This document shows positions 1 through 11,578 of a DNA stretch of 39,728 nucleotides, one piece after another. The position numbers and the translations under genes were made by a program. This DNA comes from Macrostomum lignano (lineage: Eukaryota): contig NIVC01004643.1 in assembly GCA_002269645.1 (NCBI GenBank), positions 1 to 39,728 of the forward strand, given 5' to 3'. Every line of letters starts with the position of its first letter. Position 1 is the stretch's first letter. The notes beneath the pieces are model-generated. The model saw only the letters and a program-made list of their open reading frames with translations, had not been told where the DNA came from and searched no databases.

Positions 1-168
1 CTGCAGCTCGCCGGCAGGCGGAGCGTCGGCCAGCGGCGGCTCGCTGACGGTTGACCAGGTCTGGCTGCCCTGCTGCAGCCCGGGATGTCGAGGCGGTCGA
101 GGCCGTCGTCGAAGATCGGGCTGCCGCCCGGGCTCGATTCTGGAGCTGCTTGGCCGGCTGCTCGACAT
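1..168 (-). CDS. Probable first coding exon of an unidentified gene, continuing off the window start
   Basis: ATG at 168 in context aaaatcgccATGT. The frame is open to base 1 (MSSSRPSSSRIEPGRQPDLRRRPRPPRHPGLQQGSQTWSTVSEPPLADAPPAGELQ), GC-rich like the other exons. An acceptor-like cattccgcag ends at 194. No recognisable domain. Confidence 0.4.
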   Translation of the reverse strand, partial: MSSSRPSSSRIEPGRQPDLRRRPRPPRHPGLQQGSQTWSTVSEPPLADAPPAGELQ

Positions 169-241
169 GGCGATTTTGGCGCGAATTCAAAAACTGCGGA
201 ATGACTGATTGGGGGGGAGGGGGGTGGAAAGCCTGGAGTCG

Positions 242-630
242 CGCCTGGCTGATGGTGGTTTCGGGTCAGTGAGTGAGTTTTGCACCTGGCTGATGGTGGG
301 TTCCGGGTCAGTGAGCGAGATTTGCACCTGGCTGATGGTGGGTTCCGGGTCAGTGAGTGAGATTTGCACCTGGCTGATGGTGGGTTCGCGGTCAGTGAGT
401 GAGTTTTGCACCTGGCTGATGGTGGGTTCCGGGTCAGTGAGTGAGTTTTGCACCTGGCTGATGGTGGGTTCCGGGTCAGTGAGCGAGATTTGCACCTGGC
501 TGATGGTGGGTTCCGGGTCAGTGAGTGAGATTTGCACCTGGCTGATGGTGGGTTCCGGTCAGTGAGAGTTTAGATTTGGCAGCCTGGCTGATGGTGGGTT
601 CCGGGTCAGTGAGTGAGTTTTGCACCTGGG
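242..630. repeat. 42-bp minisatellite, ~9 copies
   Basis: Unit cacctggctgatggtgggttccgggtcagtgagtgagatttg starts at 283, 325, 367, 409, 451, 493 and 535. Confidence 0.95.
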
Positions 631-1187
631 GAGGTTGTGTGTTTTGGGTCTCAGTTAGCGGACTTGCACCTGGGTTGTTTGGTTGTGGGTTTGTGTAATT
701 CTTGATGCTGTAAGACTCGGCAGTGTGGCCTTGGCATGGTTGATGCAAAATAACTCAAGGGACAATTGCTAAAGAATAGTTCACTGCTCACCGTTCTCAA
801 GTGCGCTGAGTCTCCTCTTCTCTCCTCGTTGCAATTCCAGCCTCAGAATTTCACGACTTTAAAAACCATCGCGCTGCCCCCATAGCACTGGCTTCTGTGG
901 GCGCCGTTGCTATGCAGTTGCCAAGGCTACAGCGGAACAAACAGACAGTCAACAATGCAAGCTGGACAGCCTACTGCTGCTCATGAATCATTGATGGCAG
1001 CGCGTGCAGTCAACTTGTCGCAGAGCTGCCTCAGGTACTGCCTGCAGGTGGAGCTCTGGCCGGCCTACTGCTGCTCAGGTTGTAAATGTGCTGTCAAGCG
1101 TGCTCAGGTGAGCAGTATGGAGTCCGTTGGGAAGTCTTCACTAATGATGCGCTGGGTTGGGAGAGATGAAAACCTGCTTCGTCTTAC

Positions 1188-1298
1188 CTGATAGTGACCC
1201 TGGCTCGTAAAGATCCGAAACTTTTTATGAGGTAAGCAGCTTTCGATCTCAAAGAAGTCTTTGATCACACCAACTTCACGACCAAATAATTGAAGCTC
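1188..1298 (-). CDS. Candidate 111-bp phase-0/0 exon of unknown gene
   Basis: On the minus strand: cgcag|GAGCTT...TATCAG|gtaaga. Open frame ELQLFGREVGVIKDFFEIESCLPHKKFRIFTSQGHYQ. No family recognised. Confidence 0.3.
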
Positions 1299-1369
1299 CT
1301 GCGATCCAACGGCACTTTACAGTCCATTAAAGATACACTTCTCTCGCTACGGTTGTCCGTACAATCCTG

Positions 1370-1872
1370 TGAATGAATGTACAATCTAGTGAATGCATGT
1401 ACAATCCAGTGAATGCATGTACAATCCAGTGAATGCATCTATAATCAAGTGAATGCATGTAAAATCCAGTAGACGCATGTACAATCCATTGAATGCATGT
1501 ACAATCCAGTGAATGCATGTACAATCCATTGAATGCATGTACAATCCATTGAATGCATGTACAATCCAGTGAATGCATCTATAATCAAGTGAATGCATGT
1601 AAAATCCAGTAGACGCATGTACAATCCATTGAATGCATGTACAATCCATCTGATGAATGCATGTACAATCCATTGAATGCATGTACAATCCAGTGAATGC
1701 ATGTACAATCCAGTGGATGCATGTACGTCCAGTGAATGCATGTACAATCCGGTGAATGTATGTACAATCCAGTGGATGCATGTACAGTCCAGTGAATGCA
1801 TGTACAATCCAGTGGATGCACGTACAATCCTGTGAATGCATTTACAATTCAGTGAATGCACGACAATCCTGT
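1370..1872. repeat. 20-bp minisatellite, ~25 copies
   Basis: Unit gaatgcatgtacaatccagt. Variant block repeats at a 140-bp offset (1431/1571, 1471/1611). Confidence 0.95.
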
Positions 1873-2410
1873 GAAGCTATTAATCAAGGACCACTAGCGC
1901 TTCCGAGTGAAAACATCATCTTCATACGTGCAACTTATCAAAATTTACAGGGAAAAGAAAATCTGCCTTCAACTATATTGCCACCATTTTAGAGTTTAGC
2001 GTCCTTCTAGTTAAGTAGTCCTTGCTATTAATAAAGTGAATCAAAATAGTCAGCAAAGAAGCAAATCACTCTACTCATAGTAGGCTCTCGGTGCCCGTCC
2101 GGTATCGCACACTTAGACAGACAGCAGAAGCGCGACGCCAATAAGTAATAAATCATTGCTTTCGCGTCGGCTGCAGCGGGGAGCTACGCTTGTAGAGGGG
2201 TTGCGCAATCCTCGCATGCCAGTTCAGTGTATGACCGCCAGCTGCAACTGCTGTTCAAGCAGGCTGTGCAGTTGTCAGCCAGGAGCCAGTCAGATTATTG
2301 ACGTCTGGGACAATGGGAGAGTGAATCACGCATCATTCTGGTGCGTTCAGTAGCTTCGAGATGTTCAGGTTCAGAATTAGAAGACTGGACTGCAGTGCTC
2401 AAATCATATT

Positions 2411-3050
2411 TGAGTGAGAGAGGGAGGGAAGGAGAGAAGGTGGTGAGAGAGGGAGAGAAGGGGTGAGAGAAGAGAGAAGGAGGTGAGAGAGGGAAGGAGA
2501 GAAGGGTAAAGAGAGGGAAAGAAGGGGTGAGAGAGGGAGGGAGAGAAGGGGTGAGAGAGGGAGAGAAGGGGTGAGAGAAGGAGGTGAGAGAGGGAGAGAA
2601 GGGGTGAGAGAGGGAGAGAAGGGGTGAGAGAGGGAGGGAGAGAAGGGGTGAGAGAGGGAGAGAAGGGGTGAGAGAAGGAGGTGAGAGAGGGAGAGAAGGG
2701 GTGAGAGAGGGAAGTGAGAGAGGGAGAGAAGTGGTGAGAGAGGGAGAGAAGTGGTGAGAGAGGGAGAGAGAAGGGGTGAGAGAGGGAGGTGAGAGAGGGA
2801 GAGAAGGGGTGAGAGAGGGAGAGAAGGGTGAGAGAGAGAGAGAAGGGGTGAGAGAAGGAGGTGAGAGAGGGAGAGAAGGGGTGAGAGAGGGAGAGAAGGG
2901 GTGAGAGAGGGAGGTGAGAGAGGGAGAGAAGGGGTGAGAGAGGGAGGTGAGAGAGGGAGAGAAGAAGTGAGAGAAGGAGGTTAGAGAGGGGTAGACGGGG
3001 ACGTGAGACAGAAGGGTGAGAGGGAAAGATGAGAAGTAACAGGATAATAA
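2411..3050. repeat. Polypurine GA-rich tandem repeat, ~20-24-bp units
   Basis: Unit approximately gagagagggagagaaggggt; almost purine-only on the + strand. Confidence 0.95.
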
Positions 3051-3120
3051 GTACACAGGACAGCGAGTGGAGTGAGACACAAACGAAAGGCGCACTCATA
3101 ATCGCATAAGTCGCACTCAC

Positions 3121-3376
3121 AGCTCCTGGGTTGTAGCGAGCTCAGCAGAACTCAGCCGCCTGCTCCTTGGCTCTGCCTGCACTCTGTCAAGCAGCAGGGG
3201 CGAAGTATGGCCGCCGCCCTCTCCCCCGCCTTGGCGATCGCCCCTCTTAATCATCGGCACAGGGACCCCGGGGGATGCGGCAGGGAAAAGCAGTCCGGCC
3301 AGCGGTTTCCCAGAATGCCCGCCAGCGCCAGCCGTGACCTCCTGCCTGAGGCCCGCAGCGCGGGGCGGGATGCCCG
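3121..3376 (-). CDS. Candidate 256-bp exon of unknown gene
   Basis: On the minus strand: ctgtctcgcag|CGGGC...GAGCT|gtgagt. Open ~85-codon GC-rich frame (GIPPRAAGLRQEVTAG...SSAELATTQE) between two arrays. No clean downstream exon found. Confidence 0.25.
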
Positions 3377-3639
3377 CTGCGAGACAGTTTTATGGCCTGG
3401 GCGCTCCATGCGGATGCCTTTGATTTATTGAGCAGGCAGAGAGGCTGCTGGGATTCTCATGGGCAACTAGATTCCTAATGAAATCGCAGGCCTAACGCTT
3501 GTCTGCCGCTAAGTCATGCGGGCTCCGCTTGAAAAGTTTGAAAAGCTGCGTTCGGCTGAACACCTGGAAAATTACTTGCGATGGGAGAAAATAATTTGGA
3601 GAGCGTTTGACGGATTAGGAGGGGAAGAAATTGATAAAA

Positions 3640-4500
3640 GAGGATAAGAGGGAATGAGAGAAGGGTTTGAGAAGAGATGAGAGTAGGAGATGAGAGAAGG
3701 GGACGAAAGAGGGGGATTATAGAGGGTTATAAGAGTAGGGGATAAGAGTAGAGATGAGAGTAGGGGATGAGAGTAGGGGATGAGAGTAGGGGATGAGAGT
3801 AGATGAGAGAAGGGGACGAAAGAGGGGGATTAGAGAGGGTTATAAGAGTAGGGGATAAGAGTAGGAGATGAGAGTAGGGGATGAGAGTAGGGGATGAGAG
3901 TAGGGGATGAGAGTAGGGGATGAGAGTAGGATGAGAGTAAGGGATGAGAGAAGGGGGGTGTAGGGGATGAGAGTAGGAAATGAGAGTAGGGGATGAGAGT
4001 AGGGGATGAGAGTAGGAGATGAGAGTAGGGGATAAGAGTAGGAGATGAGAGTAGGGGATGAGAGTAGGGGATGAGAGTAGGGGATGAGAGTAGGGGATAA
4101 GAGTAAGGGATGAGAGTAAGGGATGAGAGTAGGGATGAGAGTAGGGATGAGAATTGGAGATGAGAGTAGGGGATGAGAGTAGGGGATGAGAGTAGGGGAT
4201 GAGAGTAGGGGATGAGAGTAGGGGATGAGAGTAGGGGATGAGAATTGGAGATGAGAGTAGGGGATGAGAGTAGGGGATGAGAGTAGGGGATGAGAGTAGG
4301 GGATGAGAGTAGGGGATGAGAGTAAGGTATGAGAGTAAGGGATGAGAGTAGGGGATGAGAGTAGGGGATGAGAAAAGGGGATGAGAGAAGGGGATGAGAG
4401 AAGGGGATGAGAGTAGGGGATGAGAGTAGGAGATGAGAGAAGGGGATGAGATTAAGGGATGAGAGTAGGGGATGAGAGAAGGGAGAGAAGATGTGAAGGG
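3640..4500. repeat. 13-bp purine-rich minisatellite (GGGGATGAGAGTA)n
   Basis: Direct reading; roughly 60 copies with variants. Confidence 0.95.
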
Positions 4501-5000
4501 GAGAGCTAAGGAAGGGAGCAGCAAGGAAGAGTGGCAACGGGGATTAGGTGAGATCTGAAATGGATTTAACCAAACTGCAGTCCAGACAGTGCAGGGCAGG
4601 GCAGGGCAGGTAACCGTGTGTGTTCATGGATGGGCAGGCAGACATCAAAGGGCGGAGCGGCCCCATCAGCGGCCCTTATCCTTATCTGGCGGGTATAAAG
4701 GGGCCCATAAAACGGCAAATGTTTTCCAAGCTCGCGCCCGGTGGAGCCCTAGCTGTGAAAGAAGAAACGGCAAACAGCGTGCGCGTTCCGCGCGGACTCG
4801 TGATTTACGATGGGGCTTTTCTCCAGGCAAACAGGCGCACAAAGACCGCCTCTTTGTGTCTGCAGGAATCCTGCAGCTATCGATCCAAGGACTACTAAGT
4901 AGATATATACGAGCTACGTTACTTTAGTCGTCCTTGTATCGATATACTGTATGGGGCCGAAACACATGGTACCACAAAACCGAAAGTTCATTAGACAATT

Positions 5001-5175
5001 GTGATGTTTCGGTCATGTGATATTTCTGTCATGTGATATTTCGGTCATGTGATATTTCGGTCATGTGATATTTCGGTCATGCGATATTTCGGTCATGCGA
5101 TATTTCGGTCATGCGATATTTCGGTCATATGATATTTCGGTCATGTGATATTTCGGTCATGTGATATTTCGGTCA
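5001..5175. repeat. 16-bp minisatellite, ~11 copies
   Basis: Unit tcatgtgatatttcgg. Confidence 0.95.
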
Positions 5176-5186
5176 GATGAAGGGCT

Positions 5187-5370
5187 GAATTGGACATCGG
5201 GTTGCCACTGTTGCTTCAGGTGTGATGAGTTGGACATCGGGTTGCCACTGTTGCTTCAGGTGTGATGAGTTGGACATCGGGTTGCCACTGTTGCTTCAGG
5301 TGTGATGAGTTGGACATCGGGTTGCCACTGTTGCTTCAGGTGTGATGAGTTGGACATCGGGTTGCCACTG
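5187..5370. repeat. 40-bp minisatellite, ~5 copies
   Basis: ttggacatcgggttgccactgttgcttcaggtgtgatgag starts at 5190, 5230, 5270, 5310 and 5350. Confidence 0.95.
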
Positions 5371-5383
5371 TCACTTCGGTGTG

Positions 5384-5459
5384 CAGTGACGTAGCCAGGA
5401 TTTCCTTCTGGGGGGGGGGTCACAGTCACCCCATGACCCCCCCCTTGGCTACGCCCCTG
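5384..5459. mobile_element. 76-bp hAT-like mini-MITE
   Basis: Imperfect TIRs CAGTGACGTAGCCA / TGGCTACGCCCCTG. Exact 8-bp TSD TCGGTGTG at 5376-5383 and 5460-5467. CAG termini with an 8-bp TSD are typical of hAT. Confidence 0.75.
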
Positions 5460-6229
5460 TCGGTGTGATGAGTTGGCAGTCACTCAACAATGAGAGTCTC
5501 GCCTAAAAGAAAGGCAACAGCAAGGCACAATGCAAAGCCTGCAAGCAATCACACCTCAGATTTCTGTGTGAAGCATGCAGAATATGCAGAAGCAATCGTC
5601 TGCCGGATTCTTAGGATTCGCAAAGTACAGCCGCCAGCCACCCAGACAAGAGAAATAAAAAAATATTTCCGGAGAAGCCGTCCGGAATACACAAATGCTG
5701 ATTTCCCACGGTTCACGCCTAAGCCTCTTGGCTAGGATAGAATTTCTGATATTTCTCAGAAAATACCATTGGCAGGCAGCTGCATCACAAGGGTCCAGAT
5801 TCCAGCCAGCAAGACACTGCCTCATCGAATCTCGGACAGAATTACTTCGAAAATGCGAAAAAAAGCAGACGGGGAAGCCAAGCTCGAATGTAGCAAGCAG
5901 AACATGCAAATATTAGTGAATTCGCTTCTGCAAGCTGTTCTCCGAAAATTGCAACTTCTGCGGTGGCTGCAGCAGTTCTTCTTGTAGCCAAAACTTCTGT
6001 TTCTGGTCATAAATGGATTGCTTTACCTGCCTGTTGCTGCTACTTAATTACCCATCAAAAATGCAGCTGCTGCTATGCACAAATTGTAGCGAAGTGCTAA
6101 ATGGCTGTTGGCGTTTTAAATTTCAAAAAATATATTGCTCTCTGCTATAGCTGCAGCCGTGCAGGTTCAGTTACAGGACAAAGTACGAGCTAGTTCCCGC
6201 CTCGGAACTTCCCCTGTTACCGAACCGAT

Positions 6230-6725
6230 CCGATCTAGAACTGGCGCAACTCCGATCTAGAACTGGCGCCACTCCGATCTAGAACTGGCGCCACTCCGAT
6301 CTAGAACTGGCGCCACTCCGATCTAGAACTGGCGCCACTCCGATCTAGAACTGGCGCCACTCCAATCTAGAACTGGCGCCACTCCGATCTAGAACTGGCG
6401 CCACACCGATCTTAGAACTGGCGCCACTCCGATCTAGAACTGGCGCCACACCGATCTAGAGCTGGCGCCACTCCGATCTTAGAACTGGCGCCACTCCAAT
6501 CTAGAACTGGCGCCACTCCGATCTAGAACTGGCGCCACACCGATCTTAGAACTGGCGCCACTCCGATCTAGAACTGGCGCCACACCGATCTAGAGCTGGC
6601 GCCACTCCGATCTTAGAACTGGCGCCACTCCAATCTAGAACTGGCGCCACTCCGATCTATAACTGGCGCCACTCCGATCTAGAACTGGCGCCACTCCGAT
6701 CTAGAACTGGCGCCACTCCGATCTT
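6230..6725. repeat. 22-bp minisatellite, ~22 copies
   Basis: Unit tctagaactggcgccactccga. A 6-unit block repeats at a 134-bp offset (variant at 6461/6595). Confidence 0.95.
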
Positions 6726-7850
6726 AGAGGCTTAGAATCTGAGGCCCAGAACTGAAGGCTGAAAAATTCCCAACTCGCGCTTCTGTCAGTTTGTGCTTTG
6801 TGCTTGCCACTTTCGCAACTGTCAGGCTGCTGTCAAAAATCCACACTGTTCCAGGGCGAGCTTATAAAGCCCAGACAAACGCTGCAAAAGCATCTTGCAT
6901 TGATTCCAGCTCCGAATCCTTACATGATTACACAGCTGGCTTGCTAAAGAAAGGTTAAGCATTCAAATTAGTGTCGATTTCGAAGCAATTTCACTTGCCC
7001 CACCCAACCATCAAGTCGAGTGTCGAATCGCACTGCTTAGGTCTTAGGTGTTTGGATTTTGAATGGAGCAAATATATGGCCTCGGAGTGGGGACTTCCAA
7101 TTCCGATGCTTTAGCGCCCCTTGGCTGCCACCAACGCTTCAGAGCAATCTGCCTTCTTTGCCCCAAAAGTTTGGTGGTTTATTTGCCCAATTTCTTTTAT
7201 GTTGGTTTATTTGCTCCACCCAGCGAGGGGCCGGGGGCTCTTTTTACAGTTTTACGGGCGGCGGCGGCGGCAGCGGGGACCAGCCTAAAGGCGGCTTCTT
7301 TTTGTTGTTCTGTTGGAGGGTTTCGCTTACGGTGGGGGGAGCGATTGGGGGTATTCGGGGGAGGCGGGATTTACCGACCGCGACTTCCGACGTTGATTAA
7401 TGACGGCCTGGGCTTGCCCAGGCCTTCTCTCTCACGCCTCAGGGGCCAGGCCAGTGGGGGGGTCAGGGGAGCCCCAGAGAAAATTACCCTGGGCCGAGGC
7501 ATGCGCTTGGGCGTGGAAGAATTCTCCTGGTGTCACGCTGGGCTAAAACGAATGAGCGGACTAGAATAAGGGGGTGGGTTGGGGGGCTGGCTGTTCAGCC
7601 AATAGCGGCAGGCCTGTCCCGCTCTGTGCGTACATTGCAATTTAGGAGCCCTGAACCAACCGCAACCCCCCAAGGCGGCCGGCCCTCCACGCACTCACTG
7701 TCTGAAATTATCTGAATTATATAGGCAAACGCAAACAAGACATTAAGAGCAAGAGTCAATGACACTCCCTCTAAGAAGTTATCCAGCCGCGAAACTGTGT
7801 CAGGCTGAAACTCCCTGATTTCCCTGCAACTGAAGTGCGAAACAAAGGCA

Positions 7851-9920
7851 ATGCAGCTGCGTTGCCGCCTGCAGCCCCTGCTGCTACTGCTGCTACTATG
7901 CTGGCTGGTCCTCTGCCGGGCCCAGCTAGGCGACCTGCGCGGTGATCCAGAAGATCTGGGCCGACCGCCGCAGTGCAACCCAGTGGATATAACTGTGCCA
8001 ATGTGCAAAGGCCTGAACTACAGCAGCACATCGGACCATTTGGCTCTGGGCACGCAGAACGATGTGGCCACTCTGCTGCACCAGTTCAGCGAACTGATCA
8101 AAGCGCGCTGCGCACCTTTCCTGCGCTTGTTCGTCTGCTCCATGCACCTGCCATTCTGCAACGAGCAGCAGCATCTGTTGGTGCGGCCGTGTCGCGAGTT
8201 CTGCTTCAGAATACGCGGTCTCTGCGAGCCGGTGATGCAGACCCACGGCTACGGCTGGCCTGACCGCCTGGCCTGCGAGCCGCTGCCGTCCAGCAAGTCC
8301 AAGCACCTCTGCCTGGTGCCGAAGCACGACGAATTCAACGCCGAGCTGGACAACTTGAAGCAGCGCAAGTACCCGTTCGGTGTCCACCATGTCGGCATGG
8401 AGGACCGGCCGAACCGGCCTCTGCCGCCGCCGCCGCCACCGCCGCCGCAGCAGCCGCCGCCGAAAAACCGCAGCGGCGCCGAGTCACCTTCGGGTGCCAG
8501 ACAGTGCTCGGCCGCCGAGGTCCGGCTCGGCCAGGAGCCCAACAGCTCCTGTGCGCCGCGGTGCCACGCCAGCCTGCTGTTTTCTGCCGAGGACAAGCAG
8601 CTGGCCTCGGTGTGGATGACGCTGTGGGCCAGCCTCTGCCTGGCCTGCACCGGCATGGCCGTGGCCACCTTCCTGCTGGACAGCGACCGCTTCAAGTTCC
8701 CCGAGCGGCCCATCGTGTGGGTGGCGGTCTGCTACGCCGTGTACTCCGCAGCGCACCTGCTGCGGGCCTTCCTGGGCCCCGACCTGGCCTGCAGTAGCCA
8801 CCGCTTGGACGGCCGAGACCGGCACTTGGTCAGCCAGTACGCCGGCCAATGGTGCGCCGCGGTGTTCCTCCTGCTGTACAGCAGCTGGCTGGCCGGCCTG
8901 CTGTGGTGGCTGGCCCTCACAATCTGCTGGTACCTGTGCGCGGTCAAGAAGTGGGCGCACGAGGCCCTGTCGGCCAAGTCGGTGTGGATGCACCTGGCGG
9001 CCTGGGGCCTCCCCCTGCTGCTCAGCGTGCTGCTGCTGGTGCTGCACCGCATCGAGGCCGACGAGCTCACCCACCTGTGCGTGGTGGACGGCTCGCAGCC
9101 CTTCAACCTGGTCGCCTTCGTCATCGGGCCGTGCGCCGGCGCCTTGCTGCTGGGCCTGGGCTTTCTGACCTGCGGCCTCTGCTCCTCCGTGACCGTCCGC
9201 GACAGCCTCAAATGGAGCGGCAACCTCGGCTTCCGCCGGCTGGAGAAGCTGATGACGAAGATCAGCCTGTTCTCCTTCTTGTTCGTCTTGCCCACCCTGT
9301 GCGTGCTGTCCGCGGCCTTCTACGAGCTGGCGGAGCGGCCCGGCTGGGCTGCCAGCCTGCGGGCCGTGCTGGCCAAGCCGCACTGCGCCGAGGCCTCCGG
9401 GCTGCGGCTGGACCTCGGCGCCGACTGCAGCCCCGAGCGCCGGCCCTCGTCTGCGCTGTACATGCTCAAGGTTGGTGCTCACTCAGGCCACATCGCCTCC
9501 TTAGGCGAATGATCCAAATCCCAAGATCCCCATTCAAACTTTAATGATTCCAACTGAACTATAATTTGCGTCAAATCGATCTCATTCCCGCAGGTGTTCA
9601 TGTCGCTGGCTGCGGGCCTACCGGCCGGCTTGGTCGTCTGGGTCAACGGCAAGTCGCTGGACGCGTGGCGCCGCTGCTTCTGCCAGGTGCTGCTTCGCCG
9701 GAAGTCGTCTTTCGGAGGCGGCCGCCGAGGCGCCGGTGGCAGCGCTGGCGGCGTCCCCTATGCGTCGGTGGCGCGGCAAGGCGGCGGCGTCGGCGGCTTG
9801 CCGAATCAGCGGACACCCAGCTGTGGAGTCAGCGGCATCGGCAGCGGTGGCGGCTGCGGCTCCTCTAGGAAGGGCGGTCGGCTGACCGGCAGCTGCTCGG
9901 CGAGCAGCTCTCAGGTGTGA
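7851..9920 (+). CDS. fzd4-like: Frizzled-family Wnt receptor, closest to the Fz4/9/10 group; join(7851..9470,9594..9920), 648 aa
   Basis: Signal peptide; 10-Cys CRD (CNPVDITVPMC...WPDRLAC); 7TM motifs RFKFPERPI, ADELT..C and LEKLMTKI. Phase-0 intron AAG|gt...cag|GTG restores TM7 and KSLDAW (KTxxxW-like). C-terminal S-Q-V class I PDZ motif. Subfamily assigned by remembered motifs, not a tree. Confidence 0.95.
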
Positions 9921-9999
9921 CTTGGAGCGATTCGGACTTGGGGAGATGCCAAGTGCGTATATTGGACATGTATGTGCTGCTGAGTTCGAGCACAGCGAC

Positions 10000-10702
10000 T
10001 CCCGATCCCCGGATTATCAGTGACCTTGACTCCTAATCCCCGGATTATCAGTGACCTTGATTACTAATCCCCGGATTATCAGTGACCTTGATTACTAATC
10101 CCCGGATTATCAGTGACCTTGATTCCTAATCCCCGGATTATCAGCGACCTTGATTACTAATCCCTGGATTATCAGTGACCTTGATTACTAATCCCCGGAT
10201 TATCAGTGACCTTGATTCCCGATCCCCGGATTATCAGTGACCTTGATTCCCGATCCCCGGATTATCAGTGACCTTGATTCATAATCCCCGGATTATCAGT
10301 GACCTTGATTCCTAATCCCCGGATTATCAGTGACCTTGATTCCTAATCCCCGGATTATCAGTGACCTTGATTCTCGATCCCCGGATTATCAGTGACCTTG
10401 ATTCTCGATCCCCGGATTATCAGTGACCTTGATTCCTAATCCCCGGATTATCAGCGACCTTTATTCCTAATCCCCGGATTATCAGCGACCTTGATTTCTA
10501 ATCTCCGGATTATCAGTGACCTTAAAGTTTGATTCCTAATCCCCGGATTATCAGCGACCTTGATTCCCGATCCCCGGATTATCAATGACCTTAAAAGGTT
10601 ATTCCTAATCCCCGGATTATCAGTGACCTTGAGAGTTTATTCCTAATCCCAGGATTATCAGTGACCTTGAGAATTTATTCCTAATCCCCGGATTATCAAT
10701 GA
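10000..10702. repeat. 31-bp minisatellite, ~22 copies, starting ~80 nt after the Frizzled stop
   Basis: Unit ccccggattatcagtgaccttgattcctaat. Confidence 0.95.
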
Positions 10703-11321
10703 CCGGAAACCGCAATGCCTCACAGCAATACACAAAGACTTCGTGTTAATTCATGGAATTATTGCAAACTCTACATGAGAAGTTATTTTTTTCGGACCAC
10801 ACGTGCGCACACCACACTCTGGCTTTTGCCTGGCTTTGCTGAAGAAAATATATATAATTTTTGCTAGCTAAATCTGCATCCTCAAATCTGTATTTAATCT
10901 GCTTTCGCAAACGTCTGTGTACAATTCGCTCACCCGCTAACTGCCGCTGGCCTCTTCAATTTTAATATGCATTTTTGGTGGTCCTTGTTCATAACTGCAA
11001 TTTTCATACCGTACAAACTATGCAAGGCACTGCCCGCCTGCCGGCCTGAGTCTCTGTTTTTAGCATTGAAAAAACCTGTTTTGCAATTTCAGTCTAAATA
11101 GTTGAAAACAAACAATATTTGAAAATTTAAAGTGCATCAGTCTTGAAGCTGGCAGCAACTCTGCTGTCTGCGCTTTGCTACGAAAAATTATTATTCAAAT
11201 GATTCTTTTTCTTGTTTTTTTTCAAGCAGGGGTGCATCCAAAGTTAATCCACAGATCGTCTGGATCTGTAACTGATTTCGAGTAATAAGTCATGTCTGCC
11301 TGCTCTCCTCTCCGATTACAT

Positions 11322-11578
<257 letters not shown>

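Noticed and set aside
4620-4898. 92-aa + strand ORF and a TATAAA-like motif near 4695
   Set aside because: No homology signal or splice support on +; a single hexamer is uninformative.
8484-9482. Long antisense and alternative-frame ORFs over Frizzled, ERH, CD2BP2 and TTBK exons
   Set aside because: Expected shadows of GC3-rich coding sequence; no recognisable domains.
9471-9512. ORF-track Frizzled C-terminus VGAHSGHIASLGE*
   Set aside because: Intron read-through; the spliced exon 2 supplies TM7, KSxxxW and the PDZ motif.
6230-10702. Regular 22-, 31- and 40-bp arrays resembling CRISPR
   Set aside because: Units are head-to-tail with no unique spacers, there are no cas genes, and the context is eukaryotic.
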